From the IMG/VR virus record IMGVR_UViG_3300028591_000099, positions 96,982-160,981 of that record: a DNA stretch of 64,000 nt. One strand, given 5' to 3'. Of this stretch, positions 49,700-60,365 are shown one piece after another; within the stretch, counting starts at the first letter, position 1; every line of letters starts with the position of its first letter. Position numbers and translations under genes: made by a program. The notes below the pieces were generated by a model. The model saw only the letters and a program-made list of their open reading frames with translations, had not been told where the DNA came from and did no database searches. The DNA comes from a virus. Lineage: Duplodnaviria > Caudoviricetes.

Positions 49700-50640
49700 T
49701 AATGGCTGAGAGATTGACCTTATTTAACTTCATCCTATGCGGTTGGCCGCACGTTCTCACACTTACTGTTTCCAGAAGTAGAAGTCATGGACTCTAGTCT
49801 TGCGAAGACTAGTAGACTCTTACGTAGTTCATTATAACTTTCCGTTCATTACCCAACCTCTTGGAAGAGTTCAATACATCCCTGCATTTATTGACGATAA
49901 TTAATTGTATTCGTTCACTCTATAACTTGCGGTCTAGTGGTGTCTCCATATCTCAGGAGAATAAGTCCATTTTTCTGAAACTACGTCCAGCACACTTTTG
50001 CTTCCCTAGTAAATATAATAGTTCTTTTGCGGAGAACCTTTTGTTCTAATCAAAAGTGTTTATCCGGATTTCCTGTACGATGAGGTGCTGGTTTGGACTC
50101 CGTACCTTTTGGATACAGCCCATCCATCACCGCACTGTTTTCGTGCCACCTACTCACTTCAATGTTAATACACAGGATTTCACCTAGCATACTATCGCAT
50201 TGATGATACCAACGCTAACCTTTGGCTGTGTTTACGTCGGCTACTAACCCAAGTTATCAGTAGTTTCCTACCTTATTCTCCACATCATCAGGTGAAGACC
50301 ACTACATACACCACTTATCCTGCACGTCAAAGTGGGCGAGTGAAACTTGAATTACCTTTCTGTGAAATTCTCTTTTGGAGAATCGCAGGGCACCGGGCGG
50401 TCCCTACTTTAGCCTATCACTAGGTTATCCTAAAGCACCGAAGGCGTGCTAGAACTTTCTGCCGAACCCAGGGTCGCGACGTGGACGCAGTTCTTATTGA
50501 CCCCATTGCCTTCAACGTAAGCTGAAGGCGCATATATGCAAACACCATAACCCTGGTGGATAAAGGGGGTAATTATTTTACAGTAGTTATTACCATTCTA
50601 CCAACCTCCGCCTAGAAAGAGGAAATTTAAAATTCAGCTT
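49700..50640 (-). ncRNA. Large (about 940 nt) structured ncRNA candidate, ROOL/GOLLD-like
   Basis: Own TTGACA/TAAAAT promoter (about 50648-50676) and terminator (about 49667-49695); GC-rich, many hairpins, no credible ORF, next to tRNAs. Confidence 0.55.
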
Positions 50641-50683
50641 ACTTATATATTTTAACAAAATTTTTTTATTTTGTCAAAGTCTA

Positions 50684-50760
50684 TGGTCGGAGATATAGGA
50701 TTTGAACCTATGACCCCTTGATCCCAAATCAAGTGCTCTACCAAACTGAGCCAATCCCCG
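50684..50760 (-). tRNA. tRNA-Pro (TGG)
   Basis: Loop TTTGGGA; C1-G72. Confidence 0.9.
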
Positions 50761-50994
50761 ATTTCCCAAAAGGGATGCACTTTACTTCGCTTTTTTTGGT
50801 ATAGCGTTTTCCGCTCATTCATGCCACATATCTCATAAGAGCCGGTGGTAGTTTAAGTGCTAAATCCGTGTTAACGCTGCAGACCTTTAATGGCGCCCCA
50901 TGCCTTCCAATATAGATAGGATATTTTTTATATATCCTTATCTTGTATATTAATTTTAACAAAATTTTTTTATTTTGTCAAAATTTTTTTTCTA

Positions 50995-51070
50995 TGGTGA
51001 CGTATACGGGATTCGAACCCATGAATGCCGCCGTGAAAGGGCGGAGTGTTAACCGTTTCACCAATACGCC
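50995..51070 (-). tRNA. tRNA-Glu (TTC)
   Basis: Loop CTTTCAC. Confidence 0.9.
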
Positions 51071-51071
51071 A

Positions 51072-51148
51072 TGGTTCCAGGGATGGGATTCGAACCCACG
51101 TCAACCTGGTTATGAGCCAGGACTGGAACCTACTCCAGTCACCCTGGG
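51072..51148 (-). tRNA. tRNA-Met (CAT), initiator-like
   Basis: Loop CTCATAA; C1xA72 mismatch. Confidence 0.85.
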
Positions 51149-51161
51149 ATATTTTGAACTA

Positions 51162-51700
51162 TTGGTAGCTATCCAGTTTAGGTTTACGTAGACCGACTCC
51201 CTGGACCTAGCTAAGCCTGCACACCGCGTCAAGGTTGTTCAATTCGTGCAGGTACCAAGTGTTCGCCTAAGGGACTGACCGGGTCGATTTATCTCACTCT
51301 TACTAAGGTCGCGATCCTGACCGTTCATTTCAGATAACCACTACTAACTTGGCAGGTCTATATGATTATAATTATATAAGCCCTCACTTTTAACAAATGT
51401 GACCAATTTGCGGCCGCACGCTACGGCCCGAGTGAGAAATCGAGGCGGTATATTATTGAACCTCAGTCACTTGCGCTTGTTGGTTAATGCGATCGGCTAT
51501 ACCTACCGCCGCAAACCTCTTATAAAGTAGATACGGCTTAGATTCCTTTCTACGGATTCCAGTATTTTTCTATGTCCGAAATTTCCAAGGTCATGACTCC
51601 TCGTAACTTCTGGTACTGTTGTATAGTGCTCATCTCTCGCACTTCCGCGGACTTGCGGTGAATCACTCTGGAGGCCAGCCCAGTTGATCTTGCCATATCT
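51162..51700 (-). ncRNA. Second large (about 540 nt) non-coding RNA candidate
   Basis: GC-rich block without a credible ORF between a sigma-A promoter (about 51716-51744) and tRNA-Met. Confidence 0.45.
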
Positions 51701-51730
51701 TTACCTTACATATATATTATATAATATTTT

Positions 51731-52147
51731 TTAAGAATTTTCAAATGGAAGGATTTCATAGCTATCTGCTAATAAATATTGCCCTGGTTCCATTTTCTGA
51801 TTAAAGTAGAAGCAAAGATTATTTTTATCTAAAGCATCTATAGAATAACAAGAATTCCAATCTGGATCTTTATTAATAACTACACAAGGTGCTTTATTAT
51901 TTTTGAAATCTTCTTTTGAAAAGGAAGAATTGCCCTGATAATGCCAGTCAGACTCTGGAGTCAAAACAGCATAATTAAAATCTACGAAAATTGTCGCATA
52001 TCCTTCTACATATTGACCGTAAACCTCACCAGCATTATGCTCGTAAGGACGGTCATTCCAATCATCGCCCCAATAATCATCACAATTATCATTTCCAAGA
52101 GCGAACCGAATGATATTGCCTTTAACTTCAAAATCAATAATCTTCAT
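51731..52147 (-). CDS. Hypothetical protein
   Basis: YWGDDWNDRPYEHNAG motif; RBS. Confidence 0.75.
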   Translation of the reverse strand: MKIIDFEVKGNIIRFALGNDNCDDYWGDDWNDRPYEHNAGEVYGQYVEGYATIFVDFNYAVLTPESDWHYQGNSSFSKEDFKNNKAPCVVINKDPDWNSCYSIDALDKNNLCFYFNQKMEPGQYLLADSYEILPFENS

Positions 52148-52208
52148 AGATCTTTTTCTCCTTACATTATTATTATATAATATTTTTTAATAATAATCAA
52201 TTAAGGAA

Positions 52209-52655
52209 TTAATTATCGTGATTGTCTTTTGGTTTTAAGCCAATAGTAGAGGAATCTGTTCCAGATTCAGAAGAACTTCCATCTGTTGGATTTTCACTAC
52301 TACTATCAGTATTAGAACTACTACTACTTTGAGAAGAGTTGTCTTCATGTAAGATAAAAGTAATAACAAAATAATTGTCTGTGTCTCTAATAAACTCAAT
52401 AGATGCTCTATCAAGTTGTAAAGAGTGAATACTAACGCCCTCTCTATACAAAATATTGTATACGCCAGTTTCACCAATATGCACTTCTTCCCCATTTATT
52501 TTGAGAATTGTTCCTGGATAAGTTTTTATTTGGATTTCATCACAGTAAATATTTTCAAAGCATTCCCCAGAAATGAGCTTTTCGGCGTTGATATCCGGGG
52601 AGTTCAAAAACTGTTTGTCATCTTCATTATAATATCTAATTTGTTTTACTATCAT
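52209..52655 (-). CDS. Hypothetical protein with Ser-rich tail
   Basis: IHIGETGVY-type motif; RBS. Confidence 0.65.
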   Translation of the reverse strand: MIVKQIRYYNEDDKQFLNSPDINAEKLISGECFENIYCDEIQIKTYPGTILKINGEEVHIGETGVYNILYREGVSIHSLQLDRASIEFIRDTDNYFVITFILHEDNSSQSSSSSNTDSSSENPTDGSSSESGTDSSTIGLKPKDNHDN

Positions 52656-52767
52656 TGCGAAAAGTCCTTTCTATAAAAAAAGAATAGAGAGTATAGGCTC
52701 TCTATTGAAAGAAGGGGATTTCTTTCTATAATTATTATACAATAATTTTTTTTCTTTAGTCAAATTT

Positions 52768-53427
52768 CTAATAATTAATTGAAGAAAATAAACTAATTCC
52801 ATTAAAATCTACATAAGCAACGCGAGAATCCCAGTTATCATATACCATAAACATAGTTTTAGTTAATCCTAAGTTTTCCCTTTTATGGCATATTTTGAAA
52901 TCAGTATATCCGCAAATAGTAATCGAATGATGTTCATAATATGAGCGGCCATCATTTGCTAAAGATAAAATTACTGGTCTGCCGTTATTAATTGCGTTTT
53001 TAATAGTTTTATCATCATATCCTATAATTTTACCATATCTTGCTACAGTATTTTGTTTTAAGCCAAAATAAGATAATGCTTCGTCAAAAATCTTTTTAGT
53101 AAAAAATGGAATTGTCCCATAGGTTTTTCCATTATAAAAATACTTTTTTGCTATTTGCTCTACTCCTTTATAAATAAAAGGAATAGTGAGTTGTAAATGC
53201 TGCCTTTTAGAAAGGTAATAAAGGCAAGTTGTAATGCACGTTAAAGTGCAATCACCATCTTCGCCATAATTATTTTGAAGAAGAGGATCTACGGGCAATA
53301 ATTTTTGATCTACTACTTCAACTCGATCAATACCACTATCTAAAGAATAAAGATAGTCACGGATATTGGAATCATCAAGTCGTTTTGCGAAGAACTCATT
53401 GTTTGTCTTATTAAACATATATTTCAT
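52768..53427 (-). CDS. C39-like cysteine peptidase
   Basis: Q...DC, GRPVIL, HHSITICGY and VYDNW motifs. Confidence 0.7.
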   Translation of the reverse strand: MKYMFNKTNNEFFAKRLDDSNIRDYLYSLDSGIDRVEVVDQKLLPVDPLLQNNYGEDGDCTLTCITTCLYYLSKRQHLQLTIPFIYKGVEQIAKKYFYNGKTYGTIPFFTKKIFDEALSYFGLKQNTVARYGKIIGYDDKTIKNAINNGRPVILSLANDGRSYYEHHSITICGYTDFKICHKRENLGLTKTMFMVYDNWDSRVAYVDFNGISLFSSINY

Positions 53428-53499
53428 CTCCTTCGGTTATCTTAAAGTTTGGGTCAGAAATATTGTTTATTTTTACCCAAAAAAGAAAGCGTTAACTGA

Positions 53500-54246
53500 T
53501 TACCAGTTAACGCAAACATCTATGCCATCCGGCCAATCATATATAAAATCACCTGTATCAACAACAATACCAGTGCCTAAACTAAACTCTAATAGCGTGC
53601 CTTTTGGATACCAATCGAAATTGGCTGCTATCATGACATATGGACCCAGCATTTTGCATCCATCATCTCTAATCCAATAGGGATAATTTATCTCATCATA
53701 TCCAAGGTCACGCATCATAGCAATACAATAAGACATATCAAGATTATAATAGCTCTCACGATGACCCCATTCATCAAAATAAATACCGCCAGAACAAGTT
53801 AATTTACCACCGCCTGATGGATAGGTATAACTTGGTTTTGGAGCCGGGGGGATATACTCTGTTTCCATTAAGTCATCGCCAGAAAGGATATACTCTACAT
53901 CATCAATTGTGGTGATATAGTTATTTTTAGACCCAACAGCAGAGATATATACCTCATCGTTAAGAGAGAAAGTGATTGCGGCGGTTGCGTCAACTGATCG
54001 GGCAATCGCCCCATCAGTTGCATACATAGTCATCTCATATGGAATAAAGGTCTCACCTTTAATACGTCTTATATCTGGTTTTTTGAGTTCAAAAAGTACC
54101 GGCTGCCGCAACTCTAATTGGAGGGCTGGTTCAAGTTTATCCGCAGGCGGAAGTGAAAACATGGATAATATCAATACAATTTCGCAGATTAAACAACCAG
54201 CCACACCAATTAAAGTGAGATCTCTAATTATTCTACGCTCGCTCAT
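53500..54246 (-). CDS. Membrane-anchored protein with 3D/RlpA-like C-terminal domain (putative cell-wall enzyme)
   Basis: N-terminal TM helix; GTLLEFSLGTGIVVDTG...DVCVNW. Confidence 0.6.
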   Translation of the reverse strand: MSERRIIRDLTLIGVAGCLICEIVLILSMFSLPPADKLEPALQLELRQPVLFELKKPDIRRIKGETFIPYEMTMYATDGAIARSVDATAAITFSLNDEVYISAVGSKNNYITTIDDVEYILSGDDLMETEYIPPAPKPSYTYPSGGGKLTCSGGIYFDEWGHRESYYNLDMSYCIAMMRDLGYDEINYPYWIRDDGCKMLGPYVMIAANFDWYPKGTLLEFSLGTGIVVDTGDFIYDWPDGIDVCVNW

Positions 54247-54248
54247 GA

Positions 54249-54557
54249 TTACAAACCAAGTCTGGCCATCAACTCACGAACATTTTCACGCTCTGTATCG
54301 GAGATCTCAGCTGCCGGCGCAACCACCACTACATCACTTTCATCAAAATTACGTCCAGTATTATAACTTAATTTAGTTGTATCAACTGTTTCTACTGGAG
54401 TTTTAGGACATGTCATAGACAATGCGATCTGCACACGCTCACCACCATCATCTGCCCAGACATAAATCTTTTTATCAACTTCACCAATAAAATCTGTGCC
54501 AAAAGCCGCTTTAATCTTATTAATTACTTCAATTTTTGCGTTATTACCTCTTGCCAT
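54249..54557 (-). CDS. Conserved hypothetical protein
   Basis: GAGG RBS. Confidence 0.7.
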   Translation of the reverse strand: MARGNNAKIEVINKIKAAFGTDFIGEVDKKIYVWADDGGERVQIALSMTCPKTPVETVDTTKLSYNTGRNFDESDVVVVAPAAEISDTERENVRELMARLGL

Positions 54558-54592
54558 ATTTATTTACCTCTTAATATATTATATCATATTTT

Positions 54593-55981
54593 TTAATTTT
54601 CTGCTAGATATTCGTCATAACAATCTTGACAATAGTAACGATCGGCTTCTTCGCACCAGAACATATTATCACTATGGAAGATTTCTCCGCAACCAGGACA
54701 TTCCATATAGTTGTCTCTATAGCAGTCTTCGCAAACATATACTTGTGCTCTGTCAATCCACCGAGCATCATCAGCTCGAATAACAATACCACAATCGTCG
54801 CATCGGACATAGTCATTATCAATACAACATTCTTCACAGAGCATTACACTAGGCTCTTTAATTTTATGCTCCCCGCAACAAAGGCAGGGAACACTTGACC
54901 CGATAGTGAAATGGGGGTGAAGATTTCCATTCACTGATCTCCAAGTTTTTTGCCAAGCATAGTATGGTTTAGTATAATAACTTGAATGTAATAAATCATT
55001 ATAATGAAGACTATCGGGAGCGTCTTCAACAACATCATCCATTTTATCAATGCCATTAATAAAAACATATCTATCAGGAAGGTTAAAAGCATCATCGCCA
55101 AAACTGCTAACACCTGTCAAATATTTATTATGCCAATTACTCCATTGAGTATAGCCATTACCCCAGCCCCAAACTGGAGGATCGTCTCTTTTTCGATCTA
55201 ATCTATCGTATTCCAATAAAACATTATTTAAAATCTCTTTAGAAAAGAACGGATATTGCCGGCCCGCAAATAAAGCATCTCTTTTATCGGAGCAAAAAAG
55301 TAACATACGCCATTTTTTATTATTCCATAAAACAGTTTCGGGAAATCTAGGCAATTTAATTGGTTTATGCTCGCTTTTGATATAGCAACAAATAGTTGAA
55401 CTATCTAGCATATAAGACAAATTACCTGCCCTATATTGCCCATCAAGAGCATGACAACTACGCCAATTAAAGGTATTTTCACTACTGGAGAGATAATCTA
55501 AAGGGTGAACGGAAAAACATAAAATACCATTAATTTTTCCTGCTTGAATTAAACGGCTGGCCGCAGTTTGAAGTTTATCTAATTGCTCTGGGTCTTGAAT
55601 GAAAAACTTAAAAGCTTTTGAAATCTTTGTCCCTGGTTGAATAACAATATCGTTTCTACAATATTTTTCAATAGTTGCATTAGAAAAAAAGTTATCACTA
55701 TTAAGTCTTATAAAGTCATATAATCCAGGAGTTTGAGCAATTAAAGTATAATTTTCATCTATAAACTCTCCCAGTTTTTCTTTACGCTCTTGTTCTTCAA
55801 TATCTACTTCAATATGTCCTACTTCATAAATTAATTTTCCTTTGAACAAATTAATAAAATCTTGCTTATTATCATACCATTTATTGATAATTGCGTCTAA
55901 TTTTATATCATCAATACCTTGAGAATATTCAATAACTTGTTTAATCTGTTTTTTGATTGCCTGTAAATTTATCTCTGTCAT
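54593..55981 (-). CDS. Hypothetical protein with SVHPLDY/WRSCH core and C-terminal Zn ribbons
   Basis: Paralogous to 58455-60104; CxxC repeats. Confidence 0.75.
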   Translation of the reverse strand: MTEINLQAIKKQIKQVIEYSQGIDDIKLDAIINKWYDNKQDFINLFKGKLIYEVGHIEVDIEEQERKEKLGEFIDENYTLIAQTPGLYDFIRLNSDNFFSNATIEKYCRNDIVIQPGTKISKAFKFFIQDPEQLDKLQTAASRLIQAGKINGILCFSVHPLDYLSSSENTFNWRSCHALDGQYRAGNLSYMLDSSTICCYIKSEHKPIKLPRFPETVLWNNKKWRMLLFCSDKRDALFAGRQYPFFSKEILNNVLLEYDRLDRKRDDPPVWGWGNGYTQWSNWHNKYLTGVSSFGDDAFNLPDRYVFINGIDKMDDVVEDAPDSLHYNDLLHSSYYTKPYYAWQKTWRSVNGNLHPHFTIGSSVPCLCCGEHKIKEPSVMLCEECCIDNDYVRCDDCGIVIRADDARWIDRAQVYVCEDCYRDNYMECPGCGEIFHSDNMFWCEEADRYYCQDCYDEYLAEN

Positions 55982-57020
55982 ATTTACTTAATCTCTTTCT
56001 ACAAGTAGGACAATACGCTTCATCTGGTTTTTTTGGGTCTATCTCGAATGGCTCTCCGCAGAATAAACACCATTCTACGCCCCCTGCCGCCGCACATGTA
56101 TGACAGCAGTATCCGCTACCGCCTTGTTTAAGTTTTACTTCAAGAATATCTTTGTATGGGAAATTTTTCCTACACTTACAGCACTTATATTTTGCGTCTT
56201 TTGTTGCGAAAGATGCTATGTCAAAATATAATTCATCATCCATATCAGCATACGGTCCATAATAAGAAGTAGGAAAATAATCCCAATCGTAACCATAAGA
56301 TAAAGAGGGAATATATTCAAATGCTGGAATATCCTTTGCAGTTAACATTCGTTTAACTTTTTCAATAGTTGCGAACATTTGTCCAACAAAAAGGATTTCA
56401 GAAGTTGTATGTTCGTCTCTATATCCAATAGACAAATTAACTCCAGCTACTTCCCAAGACGGGCATAATTCACAAATATCACTAAATGAACCAAAAGCTG
56501 TGACGAAACCGAATGATTCAATATATTTTTCAAACTCTGGATTATTGCAACTATAAAATACGCAATCATTAGAGTTGCGTCTATCTAATTGAATAATATA
56601 TCTTAAATCAGAAAATGGGCAAGGTAAATCTGCTAGCATTCCCGCTCCAACACAACCAATCTCTTCATCTGTCGTGAAAATAATGTGCGGGCGAAGATCT
56701 GATTTAATAATTTGAAGAATACTAAAAACTCCGGCTCTATCATCTGCTCCCATACCAGTGGGAGACCACATCACGTTTTTAGTTCTATCGTAATAAACTT
56801 CAAGAGCTGGCTGAGCAAAAACTGTATCCATATGAGCGACTAAAGCAACTGGAATATCTCCTATCGCAACTAAAAAGTTCTCGTCATATATAACATTATC
56901 ATAATGTTTTTTTAGAAACTTGTATAATACTCTTTGTAAAGATTTTTGGTCTACTCCAACTATATTAGTCATTAACTGAAGTTCATTGTTAGTTAATGTT
57001 CTCAAGTTCCACTCCTCCAT
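55941..57020 (-). CDS. M28/M20-family zinc peptidase with C-terminal Zn ribbons
   Basis: AHMDTV, GADDRAG, DEEIG, QLDR and EHT motifs. Confidence 0.8.
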   Translation of the reverse strand: MEEWNLRTLTNNELQLMTNIVGVDQKSLQRVLYKFLKKHYDNVIYDENFLVAIGDIPVALVAHMDTVFAQPALEVYYDRTKNVMWSPTGMGADDRAGVFSILQIIKSDLRPHIIFTTDEEIGCVGAGMLADLPCPFSDLRYIIQLDRRNSNDCVFYSCNNPEFEKYIESFGFVTAFGSFSDICELCPSWEVAGVNLSIGYRDEHTTSEILFVGQMFATIEKVKRMLTAKDIPAFEYIPSLSYGYDWDYFPTSYYGPYADMDDELYFDIASFATKDAKYKCCKCRKNFPYKDILEVKLKQGGSGYCCHTCAAAGGVEWCLFCGEPFEIDPKKPDEAYCPTCRKRLSKYDRDKFTGNQKTD

Positions 57021-57052
57021 TCTTTTACATATATATTATACTATATTTTTTA

Positions 57053-57841
57053 TTATTTTTCAATAGGAGAAACAATTTCTTCGGTTGGATTTGGGAATAA
57101 ATCTGGATTTGCTAACTTAAAATAAGTCCAGCATAAATGGCAGGAGCCCCCAGACATACAACGCTGACGGCAAGATAAACGTCTTTCAGCTAAATCTGGT
57201 GGTATCATACGATTAATTGCGGGAGAACCTAAGTCTTCAACTAAAAGATCTAAACGGGTGGACCAATGTTTATCTAAAGCATATGTTTTGAATAATGCTT
57301 GTTCTCGTTGAATTGGGCATGGCTCAAACTCAAAAACTTCGATATATCCTTCATAATTGTCAACATCTTCTGGTCTAATCCACTGGCCGCAAACTCCATC
57401 AGAATGAGGAAGTGTGTGGTTATAGGCTACTGTTGGAATTGTTCTTAATTTAATATCTAAATCTAAGGTATGTTTTAAATCAAAAAAGAGGGGAATACCA
57501 ACATATGCATATTCAGCACCAAGATTCATCATACCCTCAAGATCCCAATATGATTGTGCTTCCAGAGCCAAGAAAAAGCGTAACTCTAATTCTTTTGCCT
57601 TTTGAGCGGTCGCAATATCGGCACAATTAAGAATTAAATTATTATTAGCAAGATGATTAAAGCGAGTTATCTCAGACCAATCATATTCAGACCTATCCAT
57701 TGGGGGGAATAATATGAGAGGCTTATCTGGATATAAATGAGCCAAATCAGGAATTGTTGCCCTGTCTCTATAATCTATTCTAATCTCATCTGCCTGTTGG
57801 AGAAAACGGGCAGGTAATCTACTTCTTAAACAATACTTCAT
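57053..57841 (-). CDS. Hypothetical protein (TIM-barrel/U32-like, C-terminal Cys cluster)
   Basis: WIRPED; CRQRC...CHLC. Confidence 0.6.
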   Translation of the reverse strand: MKYCLRSRLPARFLQQADEIRIDYRDRATIPDLAHLYPDKPLILFPPMDRSEYDWSEITRFNHLANNNLILNCADIATAQKAKELELRFFLALEAQSYWDLEGMMNLGAEYAYVGIPLFFDLKHTLDLDIKLRTIPTVAYNHTLPHSDGVCGQWIRPEDVDNYEGYIEVFEFEPCPIQREQALFKTYALDKHWSTRLDLLVEDLGSPAINRMIPPDLAERRLSCRQRCMSGGSCHLCWTYFKLANPDLFPNPTEEIVSPIEK

Positions 57842-58017
57842 AAAAAATACCTCTTTTATATATTATAGCATAAAAAAATACCCAAAGCAATTTTTGTTTG
57901 CGCCGGTCGGTGAGCACGATCGGGGCCGCCGCACTGAAAGCCACATTTACGAGAAAAAAACCGACCGGAAAAGCAACCGCCGCATTTGCCATAAAAAAAA
58001 AGAGCATATGCTCTTTT

Positions 58018-58389
58018 TTATCTAGTGAAGGCAACGAGTTTACGAGCCTTAGTGTCATCAGTTGCCGGAATAACAACCTCAGTTTTAGTAGCACGGCCAG
58101 ACTTTACAAGAGCATTGGCTCTGTAAATAACCTTGTTAACAGTCGTATCCTCGTCCGCAAGAGCAGCAAGAATATCGGCACCAGTCATCGGTTCATCAGT
58201 TAAGACAGCATATACTGCGTCCATAAGCGGGTCACCTTCAGCTGCTTTCTTAGCCGCGTTCTCTCTAGCCTTTTCAGCCTTATGGTCGAGAGCAGCAATT
58301 TCCTTATCGCAGAAAGCGATAGCATCAGCAGTAACACCATCCAGAGTTTTGAAGTAATTGAACCAGTCTTTCTTAGTCATTTTAGTCAT
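58018..58389 (-). CDS. Hypothetical protein with C-terminal HTH-like region
   Basis: RBS; MTKKDWF...KEIAALD. Confidence 0.7.
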   Translation of the reverse strand: MTKMTKKDWFNYFKTLDGVTADAIAFCDKEIAALDHKAEKARENAAKKAAEGDPLMDAVYAVLTDEPMTGADILAALADEDTTVNKVIYRANALVKSGRATKTEVVIPATDDTKARKLVAFTR

Positions 58390-58454
58390 AGTTTTAATTT
58401 CCTTTCCTTTTTACATTTTTATTATAAACTATTTTTTTTAATTTTTCAAATAAA

Positions 58455-60104
58455 TTATTCACACAGTGGAAGTGGTTTCTTACCAGGAGCCCAGTTAGAA
58501 CAGCCCCAATCATCGCACATATTCTGAATATCTTTTAATACATCTTCTTTAATATCAGATTTATAAACAATAAAGGTTGTTCTATTATGTGTTCCCCAGT
58601 AATTAGAGTATTTTACTAAAATAGTATATAAATCTTTGAAGTAATAAGAATAATCCCTTTTCATAGAAGAATATATAGTATGATAAATTGGTAAATTGTA
58701 TAACCAAGCATCATTAAAGACTTCTTCGGAGATACAGCCTTCATTATTAACCACATCTTTCAGACTGTCATCTACGATATATAAAGTGCCGCAATTTTCT
58801 CTATGATGATATTCTTCTTCTAACGGGCAAAATTGAGCGTATTCTTCCCAGCAATAACGGCAATAAGTTGAGCCATCTAATTCATATGCGTCATCTTCAT
58901 CTTCAATGGTATCACCGCAGTTATCGCAGTGTAAATAATAAGCACAATCACTACAAATCAGACATCCTTCATCTTCCAAATCGTCAATAGAAACAGCCTG
59001 ACCGCAATACATACATTCAGTCTGTCCTGAATAATGAGTATGAATAGTCTTGGGATGATTTAATCCTAATTTACAAGAAACTTTGGTGTTATTGTTAAAG
59101 TCATTATACATAACATCAGTGGAGAAATTTAAATGAGCCAGTAATTCTCCAGTTTCTTTGTCCCAAATATCAAAATAATCATAATCAACTTTTTGAGTAT
59201 AAGTATCTTTATTATACTGCCAGCCCATATTAGTATATGCTAATTCAGCCAGCCACTCAACGAGAATCTCATCAAAAGTGCTGTTGATATAAGGATAACC
59301 TTTTACAGAACAAATAGCATCTTCTTTGACAATAAATAAATTACGCCATTTTTTGCTATTCCATTCGTTATTAAAAAACTGAAGGTTGTCGCTACCTTTT
59401 AAATAAGCAACTACAACATACGGAGAGTTCATCATCTCAACTGTTCCCATACGATACTGACCTTCATTCATCCAGTTCATACAAGAATCCCAGCCATAAG
59501 TATTATCACTCATAGTCATATAATCCAATGGATGAATGGATAAACAAAGTGTGCCTTTTAATCTTTTCTGATTTAGAATACGGGAATGCTCTAATCTAAA
59601 CTCTTCAAATCCTTCTAAGTGAAAAATCTGAGCGATTTTGGCAAGGATACGAATAGGTTTACATCCGTGATTAACAGTTAATTTTTTGCCATCTGGAAGC
59701 GGAATAGAAAAAGTATCATCTCCAAATTTATTACGAGCTAAATTTGGAACAGAAACCAACTTGTTTAGATTAGAATATATACTCCAATCATCGTGTTCAC
59801 AACGATAATCATTTGAAAAACTATAAAAAATATCGCAAAAGTTTCTCATTTTTCCATATCCTAAGGACCTAGACAATTCATCTTCAATTTCCTCAATCGG
59901 TTTTTCATAAAAAATCTCTTTTTCAATGATAAACTGATTTCCTAAAAGACGATAAAGTGTCTGCTTTTCTTCATCCCAAAAGCGTAAAATACGAGAAAGA
60001 CTTGCTTGTTCGATATTTCTATTTACGCGTTCGACTCCAGCATAAGCATCAACATACCTTTCAATTAAATCTTTATCAGAAAGTTGTTCGAATAACTGTC
60101 CCAT
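58455..60104 (-). CDS. Hypothetical protein with SIHPLDY/WDSCM core and Zn ribbons
   Basis: Paralogous to 54593-55981. Confidence 0.75.
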   Translation of the reverse strand: MGQLFEQLSDKDLIERYVDAYAGVERVNRNIEQASLSRILRFWDEEKQTLYRLLGNQFIIEKEIFYEKPIEEIEDELSRSLGYGKMRNFCDIFYSFSNDYRCEHDDWSIYSNLNKLVSVPNLARNKFGDDTFSIPLPDGKKLTVNHGCKPIRILAKIAQIFHLEGFEEFRLEHSRILNQKRLKGTLCLSIHPLDYMTMSDNTYGWDSCMNWMNEGQYRMGTVEMMNSPYVVVAYLKGSDNLQFFNNEWNSKKWRNLFIVKEDAICSVKGYPYINSTFDEILVEWLAELAYTNMGWQYNKDTYTQKVDYDYFDIWDKETGELLAHLNFSTDVMYNDFNNNTKVSCKLGLNHPKTIHTHYSGQTECMYCGQAVSIDDLEDEGCLICSDCAYYLHCDNCGDTIEDEDDAYELDGSTYCRYCWEEYAQFCPLEEEYHHRENCGTLYIVDDSLKDVVNNEGCISEEVFNDAWLYNLPIYHTIYSSMKRDYSYYFKDLYTILVKYSNYWGTHNRTTFIVYKSDIKEDVLKDIQNMCDDWGCSNWAPGKKPLPLCE

Positions 60105-60182
60105 TCCTAATCACTCCTTTTTCTTTTTACATATATATTATATAATAATTTTTATAAAAAATCAAAGGCTAACCCTCAGGGG

Positions 60183-60365
60183 CTAGCCTTGATCGTCTTC
60201 ATCATCTTTAGCATCCAGATTAATTACGTGAATAGTCTTTTTCACAGTGTCATCTAAGAGCATTGCAATCATATCTTCCAAATCGCCGATTCTCCGATTG
60301 ATCCAAATGATCTGAAGCTCCTGGAGAATAATCCCAACGATTAGCACAATGGTAATTGTATCCAT
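60183..60365 (-). CDS. Small membrane protein
   Basis: N-terminal hydrophobic helix; operon packing. Confidence 0.6.
   Translation of the reverse strand: MDTITIVLIVGIILQELQIIWINRRIGDLEDMIAMLLDDTVKKTIHVINLDAKDDEDDQG

Noticed and set aside
51162-51700. RNase P RNA
   Set aside because: No GAGGAAAGUC / matching P4 signature found on either strand.
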